From an uncultured Bacteroidota bacterium (GTDB lineage: Bacteria > Bacteroidota > Bacteroidia > Flavobacteriales > Flavobacteriaceae), in assembly GCA_902587325.1 (NCBI GenBank), contig CACIKV010000007.1:3531-67530 (forward strand): a stretch of 64,000 bases of DNA, read 5' to 3'. The notes under the pieces were generated by a model, which worked only from the letters and a program-made list of their open reading frames with translations, did not search any database and had not been told where the DNA came from. Shown in pieces: positions 37,042 to 49,300 of this stretch. Within the stretch, counting starts at the first letter, position 1. Each line of letters starts with the position of its first letter. Both the position numbers and the translations under genes were made by a program.

Positions 37042-39264
37042 TTGAAACAGTTTATATATATATTATTTATTTCATTAATAAATATTTCCTTTTCTCAAGA
37101 ATTTGTTTCAGGGAAAGTTCTTTTTAATGATAATGGTATTGATTTTCCAATTGAAGGAGCTAATGTTTTTTGGCTAAATACCAATCAAGGAACTATAACA
37201 AAATCTGCAGGGGAGTTCAATATCCAAAAAATTAAAGATGTAAAAAATCTAGTGATTAGTTACATAGGTTTTAAAACAGATACAATTAATATTGCTGATA
37301 AAAAATTTATATCTCATTATTTAACATTTTCAGATGATAATGAATTAGATGAAGTGACAGTTACTAAAAAACGAAAAACACTTCAGAGAACATATTTACT
37401 TCCTCAAAATATTGTAAAAATTTCTGAGGAAGAATTACTAAAAGCGGCATGCTGTAATCTTTCTGAGAGTTTTGAAACTAATCCAACAGTAGATGTAAAC
37501 CACAATGATGCAATAACTGGAACTAAACAAATTGAAATGCTAGGTTTAAAAAGCCCATATATCTTAATTACAGAAGAAAATATTCCAATGGTCAGAGGTG
37601 CTTCACAGACTTTTGGTTTAGGTTTTACGCCAGGAACTTGGATAGAGAGTATTCAAGTTACGAAAGGAATGGGTAGTGTAACCAATGGATTCGAAAGTAT
37701 TGTAGGTCAAATTAATACAGAGATTAAAAAACCTTTCAATGATATACCATTCTTTTTTAACTTATTCAATGGTTTTGATGGTAGAGTTGAAGCTAATGCC
37801 CATGTAAAATCAACCTTAAGTGAAAAAATTCATACTACTTCTTTTATTCATTACAATGAAAGAAAAAAAGTTAATGATAAAAATGGAGATAAGTTTCTTG
37901 ATAAACCTGTTCAAGATCAGCTAAATATTTTAAGTAAGTGGCAGTACACAGATCTTACAAAAGGTATTGTAAGTTTTTTAAATATCAGGTATTTGGAAGA
38001 CAATAAAAGAATAGGAAGTATTGATTTTAATGAAAAAATAGATTTATCTAAATTTTGGGGAGGTGAAATATTTACAAACAGATTTGATTCTTCATTTAAA
38101 CTTGGTTATGTAAACCCAAATATTCCTTATCAAACTTTAGGTTTTCAAGTAGCATATAATTTTCATGATCAAGAATCTTATTATGGATTAAATGATTACA
38201 ATATTTCTCAAAAAAGTATTTTTTTTAATTTGATCTACAACTCAATAATTTCTAATACTAAGAATAAAATTAAAGCAGGTTTGAATTTTTCAAGTGATTC
38301 TTATGATGAGTATGTATTTAAATCAAATATTGAAAGAACAGACAGTTCACTAGGTGGTTTTTTTGAATATAGCTTCGATAATCTTAATGACTTTAATTTT
38401 GTTTTTGGTTTAAGATATGATATTCATAATAACATTGGGTCATTTTTTACACCAAGACTTCACTTTAAATACTTATTTAATGAAAATTTTTCAATTAAAG
38501 GATCAGCTGGAACTGGCAGAAAAATAGCAAATATTTTTGCTGAAAATCAATCTATATTTTTAAGTAATAGAATAAACATGAATAAATCTTTTAATAATAA
38601 TTTATACGGTGTTAATCCAGAAAAGGCTACTAACTTAGGATTTAGCTTAGATCATAAAGTTTTTGTTTTTGGAGGTCAAGGAAATTTAATTTTTGATTAT
38701 TATAATACTACTTTTGATAACAGAGTTATTATTGATTTTGAAACTCCTGGTGAATTTAATTTTTATAATTCAACACTAGGAAAATCAAAATCAAATAGTT
38801 TTCAAGTTGAGTTTTTATTTTCAAAAAATAATTGGAATATAACAGCAGCATATAAAAAATATGACGTAAAATCTTTTTATAATTCTGGCTTAAAAGAAAA
38901 ACCAATTCAACCTAGAAATATTGTATTTTTTAATTATGGTATAGAATCCAAAAAAACCAATAATAAATATTGGAAATTTGATATTACTTACAATAGGCTA
39001 GGAAAACAAAGACTTGTTAGTAATTCTAGAGATAATTTTGAGTTTACAGATCCACATTTTTCAATAAATTCTCAAATTACAAGAGTATTTAACTCAAAAT
39101 TTGAAGTATATTTAGGAGGAGAAAACTTAAATAATTATAAACAAGAAAATCCAATAATAATGGTAGATAATCCTTTCGATCAAATGTTTGACGCATCAAT
39201 TGTACATGGCCCAATTTTTGGATCTATTTATTATTTGGGGTTAAGATTTAAAATATTAAATTAG
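37042..39264 (+). CDS. TonB-dependent receptor with CarboxypepD_reg-like N-domain
   Basis: TTG start and signal peptide. VSGKVLF..GANVFW..GTITKSAGEF, then plug and barrel, with a terminal aromatic-rich strand. Confidence 0.85.
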   Translation: MKQFIYILFISLINISFSQEFVSGKVLFNDNGIDFPIEGANVFWLNTNQGTITKSAGEFNIQKIKDVKNLVISYIGFKTDTINIADKKFISHYLTFSDDNELDEVTVTKKRKTLQRTYLLPQNIVKISEEELLKAACCNLSESFETNPTVDVNHNDAITGTKQIEMLGLKSPYILITEENIPMVRGASQTFGLGFTPGTWIESIQVTKGMGSVTNGFESIVGQINTEIKKPFNDIPFFFNLFNGFDGRVEANAHVKSTLSEKIHTTSFIHYNERKKVNDKNGDKFLDKPVQDQLNILSKWQYTDLTKGIVSFLNIRYLEDNKRIGSIDFNEKIDLSKFWGGEIFTNRFDSSFKLGYVNPNIPYQTLGFQVAYNFHDQESYYGLNDYNISQKSIFFNLIYNSIISNTKNKIKAGLNFSSDSYDEYVFKSNIERTDSSLGGFFEYSFDNLNDFNFVFGLRYDIHNNIGSFFTPRLHFKYLFNENFSIKGSAGTGRKIANIFAENQSIFLSNRINMNKSFNNNLYGVNPEKATNLGFSLDHKVFVFGGQGNLIFDYYNTTFDNRVIIDFETPGEFNFYNSTLGKSKSNSFQVEFLFSKNNWNITAAYKKYDVKSFYNSGLKEKPIQPRNIVFFNYGIESKKTNNKYWKFDITYNRLGKQRLVSNSRDNFEFTDPHFSINSQITRVFNSKFEVYLGGENLNNYKQENPIIMVDNPFDQMFDASIVHGPIFGSIYYLGLRFKILN

Positions 39265-39269
39265 TAATA

Positions 39270-39611
39270 ATGAAAAAATATATTGTATTATTTTTGCTTG
39301 TTCCTTTTTTCACATTTAGTCAATCGAATGACAAAAATACCAAGGAGACTTTTTCAGTTGAGGGAAACTGTTCAATGTGTAAAAAAAGAATTGAAAAAGC
39401 TGCGTTGTCTTTAGAAGGTGTAAAATATGCCAAATGGAATAAGAAATCAGGTGATTTTTCAATTATTTATAATAATGAAAAAGTTAATATTCAAGAAATT
39501 AGGAGAAAAATTGCCCAGTCAGGACACGATAATGGGGAATACGTAACTACAACTGAAGTCTATGACAAGTTGCCTGATTGTTGTAAATACAACGATAAAG
39601 GAAAACATTAG
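39270..39611 (+). CDS. exported heavy-metal-associated (HMA) domain protein
   Basis: Signal peptide. GNCSMCKKRIEKAA (CxxC). C-terminal CC pair. Confidence 0.7.
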   Translation: MKKYIVLFLLVPFFTFSQSNDKNTKETFSVEGNCSMCKKRIEKAALSLEGVKYAKWNKKSGDFSIIYNNEKVNIQEIRRKIAQSGHDNGEYVTTTEVYDKLPDCCKYNDKGKH

Positions 39612-39616
39612 ATTAA

Positions 39617-40318
39617 TTGGCTTTAATAAAGGGGAAAACATCACAAAAAATTAGAACTACTCATCGTTATCTAGGTTTGTTTCTTGGCATTCAATTTCTT
39701 TTTTGGACAATTAGTGGTTTATATTTTTCGTGGACTGAATTAGATGAAATTCATGGGGACCATTTTAAAAAAGTTAAAGTTAAAAATCAGTTTAAAAATT
39801 TATTAAGTCCATCCGAATTAAATTTTGGCGCTGCTATTAATTTTTTAGAACTAAAAGAAATTGCAGGAATACCTTATTATTGGATTAACGGAACGAAACT
39901 CATAAATGCTTACGATGGAGATGTAAAAGATTCAATTACAAAACAAGAGGCTATAATAATTTCAAATAATAATATTCTTGATGAATATAAAATTAGTGAT
40001 ATTGAAATTATTAATGAGGTTGGAAATCACCATGAATATAGAGGAAGACCATTACCTGCATATGTGATTTCTTATGAGGGTAGTGATAAATTAAAATCAT
40101 ATATATCTATTAAAGATGGTCAGTTTCAAACTGTTAGACACAGAAGTTGGAGATGGTTTGATTTTTTATGGATGACTCATACAATGGATTATGAAAGTAG
40201 GGATGATTTTAATAATAAATTTATTAGAGCTTTTTCTATTTTGGGTCTGATAACTGTTATGAGTGGTTTTTTACTCTGGCTTGTAACTTCTAAAACAATC
40301 AGAAAAATTATTAAATAA
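39617..40318 (+). CDS. PepSY-associated TM protein
   Basis: THRYLGLFLGIQFLFWTISG N-terminal helix, PepSY-like middle region and C-terminal TM. TTG start. Confidence 0.6.
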   Translation: MALIKGKTSQKIRTTHRYLGLFLGIQFLFWTISGLYFSWTELDEIHGDHFKKVKVKNQFKNLLSPSELNFGAAINFLELKEIAGIPYYWINGTKLINAYDGDVKDSITKQEAIIISNNNILDEYKISDIEIINEVGNHHEYRGRPLPAYVISYEGSDKLKSYISIKDGQFQTVRHRSWRWFDFLWMTHTMDYESRDDFNNKFIRAFSILGLITVMSGFLLWLVTSKTIRKIIK

Positions 40319-40377
40319 AACCTTTATAGTATAAAATCATTATAATAAGTTACTTTTACCGCAAGGATAAAAAAAAT

Positions 40378-42528
40378 CTAAAAGGTCAAAAAGAAATTTT
40401 TAGGAGGCTCTAATTCTTTTAAATGTTTTACAAAATAATCCCATTTTCTTCTCATAAAGTAATTGTTTTGATTACCGAATCCATGTTTTTGGTTTGGTAG
40501 AATAATTAAATCAAAATCTTTATTAGCTTTAATTAATTCATCAACTACAAGATAAGTGTTGTATGGGGGCACATTATTATCAATATTTCCGTGTGCCAAT
40601 AATAATTTTCCTTTAAGATTTTTTGCCAAAAGTTGATTTGCTTGATTATCATAATTTGTTTTGTTTAAATTATTTTCATTCAATCCTTGATCTCCCATTT
40701 TTTTTAAAAGCCCTTGCCATTTTTCTCCCCAGTCTGCTGCATAATTTCTATTATCGTGGTTACCTCCACTTGAAACAGCAACATCATAAAAGTCAGGGTA
40801 TTCAAACACAGCTCTAGTTGATGCGAATCCACCACCAGAATGCCCCCAAATACCAACTCTTTCAATATCCATAGCCTTATATTTTTTTGATAAATCTTTA
40901 ATTGCTTTGATATTATCAGGCAATCCGTTGTCACCCATATTTTTATAGTAAGCATCGTGAAATGACTTAGATCTTCCAGGTGTTCCCATTGCATTTATAG
41001 CAACAACTACAAAGCCTAATTCTGCCAGTGATTGAAAATCACGTGTAGTGGATTTGAAAGTAAAATCTCTAATACTACCTGCTTGTGGCCCTGGATAAAT
41101 ATAATTTAATACTGGATATTTATCTTTTTCATCGTAAAAACTTGGTAAATGTATTAGTCCATAAATATCTGTTTCATTGTCTCGAGCTTTAACAGAAAAT
41201 TCAATTGGTTTTTCCCAGTTATTCTCAATTAGTTTTGAAATATCTACTGTATTTATTTCTTTTAATGTTTCTCCATACCTATTTTTTAACAGAGTTATTG
41301 GTGGATTTTTTGTAGAAGAAAATGTTGTAACAAAATATTTCCAATTATCAGACGGATAAATATTGTGTGATCCTTTCTCAGGTGTTAGACATACTAAGTC
41401 TGATCCATCAAAATTAACTTTGTATAAGTAAACATGATACGGATTCCCTTCTTCTTTTCCTCCTGCTGTAAAAAATATTTCTCTTGAAAATTCATCAACG
41501 TACAAAACATCTCTTACTAACCATTTTCCAGTGGTAACTTTATTTTTTAATTTTCCAGTTTTTAAATCGTGTAGATAAAGATGGCCCCAATTATCTTTCT
41601 CAGAATACCACAAAAACTCATTTGAATCAAAAAAAACTTTCCAATTTTCTCCACTAACACCAGATTCGTAATAGGTTTCAGTTTTTTCTTTGTAAATAGA
41701 CTTAATATTTCCAGAATTAATATCTGCAATTTTTAAATGAGCTTCTTTATGATCTCTAGAAGATGAAATAAATGCTAATCTTTTATTATCACTACTAAAT
41801 TCACTGTCAAGTAGAGTACCATCAGTATCTGCAATATGGTCAGTTGTAGTAGATCTTTGGAAATCTCTTCCCATTTTGAAAGCAGTTATTTTACCAGAGT
41901 TAACATTTACAAATATTCTTTCAATTTCAAATATTTTTTCATCACCTGGTAGTGCATATTTCCATTTTTCAAGTTTGGGATGTCCAACATTTGTGGTAGT
42001 TAAATACATTTCTCCTACATCCCTTGCATCCTGTCTGAATGTTGCTATTATTTCAGAATTTGGCGACCATTTTAAGACGGGTCGATCATTTTTTATCCAA
42101 CCAGCATTATTTGTTGCATATCCATAATCTTTAAATCCATCAAATGTAAGTTGCTTACTAATATTTGTTTTTAAATCTTTAACCCACAGATTGTAATTTT
42201 TAATATAAATACTTTTTTTACCATCAGGAGAAATAAATTCATTAAAACTAAATTTATCATCGCTTACTACAGGATAACTTTCTTCAACAATTTCTAAATC
42301 ATTAATTTCTATTTTAAATGATTTAAAAATTGTATCATTTTTTACTTTAAAATAAAAAGTTTCACCAATCCATTCTTGAAAAATAATTTTATTCTCTACA
42401 AATTTATCTAGATTATGTGGTAAATGCTTTACAGCATTTTCATATAAACTAACATCTAAATGAGTAACAGATTTTGTACAGGATATAAATAAAAAAATCG
42501 CGAAGATTAAATAGCCTTTTTTTTTCAT
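40378..42528 (-). CDS. dipeptidyl-peptidase IV (S9B) lipoprotein
   Basis: Lipobox LFISC, beta-propeller N-half, and GIWGHSGGGF nucleophile elbow. Confidence 0.85.
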   Translation of the reverse strand: MKKKGYLIFAIFLFISCTKSVTHLDVSLYENAVKHLPHNLDKFVENKIIFQEWIGETFYFKVKNDTIFKSFKIEINDLEIVEESYPVVSDDKFSFNEFISPDGKKSIYIKNYNLWVKDLKTNISKQLTFDGFKDYGYATNNAGWIKNDRPVLKWSPNSEIIATFRQDARDVGEMYLTTTNVGHPKLEKWKYALPGDEKIFEIERIFVNVNSGKITAFKMGRDFQRSTTTDHIADTDGTLLDSEFSSDNKRLAFISSSRDHKEAHLKIADINSGNIKSIYKEKTETYYESGVSGENWKVFFDSNEFLWYSEKDNWGHLYLHDLKTGKLKNKVTTGKWLVRDVLYVDEFSREIFFTAGGKEEGNPYHVYLYKVNFDGSDLVCLTPEKGSHNIYPSDNWKYFVTTFSSTKNPPITLLKNRYGETLKEINTVDISKLIENNWEKPIEFSVKARDNETDIYGLIHLPSFYDEKDKYPVLNYIYPGPQAGSIRDFTFKSTTRDFQSLAELGFVVVAINAMGTPGRSKSFHDAYYKNMGDNGLPDNIKAIKDLSKKYKAMDIERVGIWGHSGGGFASTRAVFEYPDFYDVAVSSGGNHDNRNYAADWGEKWQGLLKKMGDQGLNENNLNKTNYDNQANQLLAKNLKGKLLLAHGNIDNNVPPYNTYLVVDELIKANKDFDLIILPNQKHGFGNQNNYFMRRKWDYFVKHLKELEPPKNFFLTF

Positions 42529-42561
42529 ATTAAATGATTATCTAATTTAATTAAATACTTT

Positions 42562-43767
42562 TTATAGCCTTGTATTAATAACACTATTATAGATAGATCC
42601 AAAGGTGTAACTAAGACCAATTGAAAAACTTGTTTTATAATCTGTGGCGATTTGTCTTTGTTGAAGAAGTAAGTCTTCAATTGTTGAAGTGCTACTAGCA
42701 GCCAAATTGTATTGGTCTCTAATTAAATTTATATTACTTGAAAATCTAACTGCCAGACCCTCAAAAACTCTTATGTCTAAACTGCTTCGCAATGATAACC
42801 TTTTTTTTGTGCCGTCGTTTAAAAATTGATCTCCGCGGATATATGAGCTTATATTCCCCCATTTTTTTCTAAACTTTACATTTAAGGTTAGTCCGTGTGG
42901 ATAAACCACTTGTTTTGTATACCCATAAATTGTTTTCTCAATATAATTTCTTTTACCAATACCAATTCTGTAAGCGAGTGTAACTTCTTTACTCAATACA
43001 TCTTCATAGGGAAATAAACTATATTCAATTGCAGGCATAATGTATCGTTGAAAATCTACATTTTCATAAGTATTTTGAAATCCACCAACAAATGCTCCAA
43101 TTGAAAAATGGTTCGATATGCTTCTAACAACCCTTGCTCTTAAACTAGTTGTTTTTCTATTGCTGGTGTATACATTATCTTCGCTGATAAAATTTCTGTT
43201 GGATTCATTTCTGCTAAAATCTATTCCAATTCGCCATTCTGGTGTAAGTTTGTCAATTTCAAATTCAATTTCATATCTATTGGTTTTTCTGCTTTCTTCT
43301 TTATCATTGTTGTAGGATCCAGATAACTCAAAAACCCAATTTTTCCATTTATCAATACTAAGAGTATAATCTTCTTGATTTGATTCTATATCAACATTTA
43401 GGTTATATCCTCCCATGTCTAGGAAAGGAACCAATGCCAATTTAACTTTGTTAAGTAATTTATCTCTTAGCGTGCTAGATGTATCATTTGAATATCCAAC
43501 AACTTTTGTTATAGTGTTTATTTCTTTATAAATTCCGTTACCATCAGCCCTTATTTCAAAAGATCTTGAGCCAGTTGGTGTGTATACATCAAGTATAAAA
43601 ATTTCAATATCTGCTAAATCTTGGTCTCTTACATATTCTAAGAAAGAAGTGTTCTGTTTTAGATAATTTTCATCGCAATTACAATCTAAATATACTTTCA
43701 ATTGATTTTCTTGACTGAAAAAAAAATTTGAAAAAAGCAATAATAATAAGCTGAAAATAAACTTCAT
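42562..43767 (-). CDS. hypothetical secreted, probably outer-membrane beta-barrel protein
   Basis: Signal peptide. The C-terminal two thirds show an alternating beta-strand pattern. No family recognised. Confidence 0.4.
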   Translation of the reverse strand: MKFIFSLLLLLFSNFFFSQENQLKVYLDCNCDENYLKQNTSFLEYVRDQDLADIEIFILDVYTPTGSRSFEIRADGNGIYKEINTITKVVGYSNDTSSTLRDKLLNKVKLALVPFLDMGGYNLNVDIESNQEDYTLSIDKWKNWVFELSGSYNNDKEESRKTNRYEIEFEIDKLTPEWRIGIDFSRNESNRNFISEDNVYTSNRKTTSLRARVVRSISNHFSIGAFVGGFQNTYENVDFQRYIMPAIEYSLFPYEDVLSKEVTLAYRIGIGKRNYIEKTIYGYTKQVVYPHGLTLNVKFRKKWGNISSYIRGDQFLNDGTKKRLSLRSSLDIRVFEGLAVRFSSNINLIRDQYNLAASSTSTIEDLLLQQRQIATDYKTSFSIGLSYTFGSIYNSVINTRL

Positions 43768-43808
43768 ATTATATTTATATTTAGTTTAACAAAATTTAGA
43801 CCTAATTC

Positions 43809-44942
43809 ATGAAAAAAGGATTAAAATTTTTTTTATCGCTTTTAATTATCCCAATTTTAATTTTAAATTCATGTAATTATCAAAAAGAAAATCATATGAT
43901 ATTCGGAAAATTGGAAAATGGTGATAATGTATACAAATATTTATTAAAAAATAATACATGTCAGGTTGAAGTAATTACTTATGGGGGTATAATAACTAGC
44001 ATTAAGGTTCCTGATTTAAATAGTAATTTAACTGATATTGTACTTGGATTTAATAACCTAGAATCATATTTACAAGGACATCCATATTTTGGAGCTATCG
44101 TCGGAAGATTTGCTAATAGAATTGATAATGGAAGTTTTTCAATTAATAATGTAGATTATAATCTCGCATTAAATAATAATGGCACATCCCTTCATGGAGG
44201 GCTTAAAGGTTTTGACAAGGTTAATTGGAATGTTATAAGCTATGATTCAATTAACCATAGTTATATTAAACTTAATTATTTATCTCAACATATGGATGAG
44301 GGCTACCCTGGCAACTTAAATATTTATGTAACTTATAGTTTAAATGAAAACAATGAATTATTAGTTGATTATGAAGCTCAGACTGATCAGTCAACAATAA
44401 TTAATTTAACTCAACATTCTTATTTTAATCTTTCTGGTGAAAGTTCAGGTGACATACTTGATCATGAGTTACAGTTAAATGCTAATGCATTTTTACCAGT
44501 TAATGAAAAAATAATTCCAACGGGTGAAATAAAAAATGTAAATGACACTCCTTTTGATTTCAGAAAAGGAAAAAAAATTGGTAGAGATATATATCATGAA
44601 AACACTCAGTTAAAACTTGGAAATGGTTATGATCACTGTTGGGTGCTAGATAATTATAATAAGCAATTGAGAAAAGTAGCTGAGTTATATAGTAATGAAA
44701 CTAGTATTAAAATGGAGGTATATACTGATCTTCCTGGAATACAATTATATACAGGGAATTTTCTTGATGGATCTTTGAACTCTAAAAAAGGTAAAAAGTA
44801 TGTTAATAGATCAGGATTATGCTTAGAGACTCAATTCTTTCCTAACTCACCTAACAATCAAAGTTTTCCATCAACAATTTTGGAACCGGGTATGAAATTT
44901 GCTTCACGAACCTCGTTTAAATTCACAACATTTAAAAAATAA
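43809..44942 (+). CDS. galM: aldose 1-epimerase (mutarotase)
   Basis: GRFANRI, SLHGG, TQHSYFNL and LCLETQ motifs. Confidence 0.9.
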   Translation: MKKGLKFFLSLLIIPILILNSCNYQKENHMIFGKLENGDNVYKYLLKNNTCQVEVITYGGIITSIKVPDLNSNLTDIVLGFNNLESYLQGHPYFGAIVGRFANRIDNGSFSINNVDYNLALNNNGTSLHGGLKGFDKVNWNVISYDSINHSYIKLNYLSQHMDEGYPGNLNIYVTYSLNENNELLVDYEAQTDQSTIINLTQHSYFNLSGESSGDILDHELQLNANAFLPVNEKIIPTGEIKNVNDTPFDFRKGKKIGRDIYHENTQLKLGNGYDHCWVLDNYNKQLRKVAELYSNETSIKMEVYTDLPGIQLYTGNFLDGSLNSKKGKKYVNRSGLCLETQFFPNSPNNQSFPSTILEPGMKFASRTSFKFTTFKK

Positions 44943-44955
44943 ATTTTAAATGGGT

Positions 44956-46302
44956 CTAAATTATAGAAGTGTGTAATTTACCTGTACTGTCAGAAAAACT
45001 TTCTTTTTCAATATCAAGTTTATGGAGCATACTGAGATATAAATTTGATAATCTTTCATGTTTTTCATCAAAAACAGTATATTTTCCATGATTGAGTCCA
45101 AGTTTAGATCCACCTGCCAAGATTAGAGGGTAATTTCTTGCATTGTGAGTTGTACTACATGCACTTCCATATAGAATTAGAGTATTATCCAATAACGATC
45201 CGTTAATATCTTTTGTGTTTTTCATTTTATCTAAGAAGTAAGCAAATTGTTTTGAATACCACCTATCAAGACGTCCCCATTCTTCCCAATGACCTGTGGT
45301 AACATCATGAGAAATTGTATGATGTCCTGCTAGTCCTAATGCAATCTTAGGGAAATTATCACCAAATCCCATTCCATCCTCACGTGCCATCATATAATTA
45401 ATTACTCTTGTACAATCTGTCTGGAATCCTAAAACAATAAGGTCCATCATTGAACGAACATAATCTTGAGGAGCAGAAACTGGATCTACATCTAAATTTA
45501 TTAAACTAGCATCAAATTCTTTCATAGGAACATCAAGCCATTTTTCATTTCGGACAAGTTGCATTTCTACTTGATTTAGTGAGGTCATATATTCATCAAG
45601 TTTTGATTGGTCATTAGATCCAAGTTTATTTTTTAAACTTTTACTATCCTCTAAAACTAAATCAACAATTTTTTTACCTTGATTGAGACTCTTTTTCCTC
45701 TCTTGTGTTGATGCTCCACCACTTGGCGAAAAATAGCGTTCAAAAATATCTCTTAATCTATGCTCAGATGGAATAGGTTTACCTGATGAATTAAATGATA
45801 ATGTGGAAGTTCTCGACTTGTAACCTACTCCTCCATCGGTTGATAATGATAAGTAAGGAAACCTAGTATATTGACTTAATTTCTCAGCGGCAACTTGGTC
45901 TACAGAAACACTGTTTTTGTATAATCCTCTTAAATCACCACCAGTTAAAAATGAATCCCCAGCCATGTGACCTAAAACACTTCTGCTGTTAGGGTGACTT
46001 AGTCCACCAATAATAGACATATTATTTCTATGTCTTTCTAAATGAGATAGTGATTTAGTTAGTTTATAATTTTTTCCTTCACCAATTGGAAACCAATGCC
46101 AGTTATTATAATATTCGCTATCAACAGGTGGTAAACCTACGCCGTTAGGGAAATAAAGAAAACAAAGTCTTTTAGTAGCAGCTGGTTCTGACAATTTAGA
46201 AAAATTCGTCATAGACATTGCTTCAAAGTAAGGTAACATACATGTTACCCCTAATCCTTTTAAAAAAGTACGTCTATCTAAATGCCAAGATTTTTTACTC
46301 AT
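44956..46302 (-). CDS. DUF1552 family protein with Tat signal
   Basis: LDRRTFLKGLG twin-arginine motif. 448 aa. ATGA overlap with the upstream PSD gene. Confidence 0.8.
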   Translation of the reverse strand: MSKKSWHLDRRTFLKGLGVTCMLPYFEAMSMTNFSKLSEPAATKRLCFLYFPNGVGLPPVDSEYYNNWHWFPIGEGKNYKLTKSLSHLERHRNNMSIIGGLSHPNSRSVLGHMAGDSFLTGGDLRGLYKNSVSVDQVAAEKLSQYTRFPYLSLSTDGGVGYKSRTSTLSFNSSGKPIPSEHRLRDIFERYFSPSGGASTQERKKSLNQGKKIVDLVLEDSKSLKNKLGSNDQSKLDEYMTSLNQVEMQLVRNEKWLDVPMKEFDASLINLDVDPVSAPQDYVRSMMDLIVLGFQTDCTRVINYMMAREDGMGFGDNFPKIALGLAGHHTISHDVTTGHWEEWGRLDRWYSKQFAYFLDKMKNTKDINGSLLDNTLILYGSACSTTHNARNYPLILAGGSKLGLNHGKYTVFDEKHERLSNLYLSMLHKLDIEKESFSDSTGKLHTSII

Positions 46303-49300
46303 TTTAATGCAAATAGTTTACTAAACCAATTTTTATCTGTTTTATAGAAAGAGGAGCTGAATATGATCTCCTTAATCAGGGTTCTAAAACTATATTTATC
46401 TTTAATTACTTGATTCACAATATAATTAATTTCATTTTTATCTGCAAAACCAACATCACGCCCATTTGCATAAGCAAATATATTTGAAACTAGGGAGTTT
46501 GTAAATTCATCAGTTTTAAAATTTAAGATATAGTCTTTAATGCCTTGAATCCCGTCAACCTCATTTCCATCAGGCAATATGGATTTCGAATCGATCATAT
46601 TACCATTAAATTTTTGTTGAAATCTTCCGGTAGCATCATAATTTTCAAACACCACACCATAAGGATCTATTTTCATGTGACAATCAATACAGGAGGCTTT
46701 ATTTCTATGTAAAAACAATTGTTCTTTTAGAGTTAAATTTTCAAACCCTGGAGTTTCAGGGTTGAGTTCGGGAACATTGGGTGGAGGTGGTGGAGGGTGA
46801 TCTCCCAGTATTTTTTCTTTTAACCAAACAGCTCTCTTGATTGCGTGGGGCTGAACACCATCTGAATGCCCTGTCAAGAAAGAGCCCTGTGAAAGGAGTC
46901 CACCTCTATTTTGATCTTTATCTAATTTTACAGCTCGGAATTCATTTCCTGAAACACCATTAATTCCATAAAATTCAGCTAGATTTTGGTTTAGCATAGC
47001 AAAATCTGAGTCAATAAAACTTAAAATACTCAGATCATTTTTTAAAACATGTTTCATGAACTCATATGTTTCATTAAACATATCTTCTTTAACAAATCTT
47101 GTATAATCTACATATTTGTTAACATCTACATCCATATTTTTATGTCTATCTAATCTAAGCCATTCAAAAGTAAATCCATCAATGAAATTTTTAATTTTTG
47201 GATTGTCAATCATTCTGTCAATTTCTTTTGATAGATTGTTATAGAGCTTATCTTTTGAAGCTAATTCAATTAATCTCTCATCAGGTGGTGAATTCCATAA
47301 AAAATATGATAATTGAGATGCTAAATAGAATTCATCATTAATGCTCTCGTTATCATACTCTTTTGGTTGATTTAAATAAATAAAGTTTGGTGAACACAAA
47401 ACAGCAATTAAAACTTCTTTAACACTATCCTCAAAAGAAACAAAATCATCTTTTATATTATTCCAAAAATCTAAATATCTATTTAATTCACCTGCGTTGA
47501 GAGGTCTTCTAAATGCATTAATCATAAATTTTTCAATTACCTCTTCAGCATATTTTTTATCATCACTTTTATTAATTGACTCAAAAAAAATTTTAGTATG
47601 TGATTCAGGCGGCCAAATTGGAAAATATGGAGCTTCAAACTCAACAGATTTAATTAATAAAGGAGGACCTTTTAAGTTACTTTCTTTTACAAGGTGATTA
47701 TTCCATAATCCGAAGGTTAGAATATTAGCGAGATCACCACTTACTTCACTGTCCCCCATTGGAATTGGAAGGTTTTCAAGCATTCCTGTAAATTCAAATA
47801 TTTCACTTTTACCAAAAGGTGTTTCAACCTCTATTGGATTATCAAGTGCTTTGTAATCCATTCCATCATCAGTTCTTGACCCAGCAAATGCCAATATTGA
47901 TGGGTTGGAATTTAAATATTCAGAATTATTTTTCTTTTCCTCTTCTTCTAAAATTTTTGGTAATGGATCATCGTTGCTTATTGGCGTGAATACTAGTTTA
48001 CTGAAACCAACAAAAAACTTACCACCGATCAAACCCTTATGCTTTCCTTTAGAAAAATATGCTAATGTAACTGGTGTAGTAATTTCATTATTAGTTGTTT
48101 TTTTCATTACATCTAATCTCTTACTAACAATTCCGTGTTCTTTTCTACCAAATAAACTGACTCTGTAAGAAGGCATTACATCTGAATCAACATAAGGATG
48201 AATTAAATCAATTTTATAAATTCCATCTTTAGGAATGTCATATGAAAATTCGATTTCTGACCAACTTGCAAATTCTTTTGGAATAAGCCATTTTTTATCT
48301 TTTAAAATAAATTTTTCATTCTTTTTTAAATTTTTTGCATGAATTGTTACAGCATTAGATAAATCCATTAAAAGATCTTCTTTTCTTAAATCAATTAACC
48401 TTTCGTTAGACAAAGAATTATAACCTTTAGATGCTTCAACTCTAAAAGCATATTTACCTTCTCTTGGGAAGTCCTGTCTAATGAGAAGTTTTAAATTTGG
48501 TGAGGGTCCTTGCCACGATTTTGGAGTAACTTCTTTCGCTGGAAGAGCAGAATTTAGAATCATACCATCGTCAACTACATAATATCTATTGCTAGCTGAT
48601 CCTCTCATACCAATTCCAATTTTATTTTTGATTTTTTGAACAGAATCATTTTTTCCAAATATTTGAACAATAAAATCTTTGTTACTGATAGGTGCGGTTT
48701 GGTATCCTCCAAATTCAGCACCTGAAATTCCATCACCTTTATTTTTACCTAATATTACCTTGTACTTTTTTGATTCAGGTTTAATTCCATTAACAATTGC
48801 TTTATTTAGAGCTTCCCTTGCTAATTTTTGATAATAATCAATATGTAGTTTTGAAGTTTGAAGTATATTTCCATTATTGGTAAATCCCATTTTAGATTTT
48901 CCATCATTTGGTAAAACATCTCCAAAATCTATATCTACATCTAAAAGTTCATTTAAAGAATTAGTGTACTGAGACTTAGTCATTCTTCTCATAACTATCT
49001 TGTTGTCTTTTTGCTTAGCTTCAGCTATATCTAAGTTTTTTGAAATCCAGTCAACTAACATTCTTCTTTCTTGATCAGTAAGTTGATCTTGATCTTCAGG
49101 TGGCATTTCTCCTAAATTAATTTCATTGAGCATCAAATTCCATTTTTCACCATCAAATCCATTAACCATATCCCAATTCAAATTATCAAATCTCATTTCA
49201 CCCTTTTGTTTTTCTTCACCATGACACTTATAGCAATAATTTTCAATGACTGGTTGTATATGATTTATATAATACGTAGACTCAACAGAACTCGAATCTA

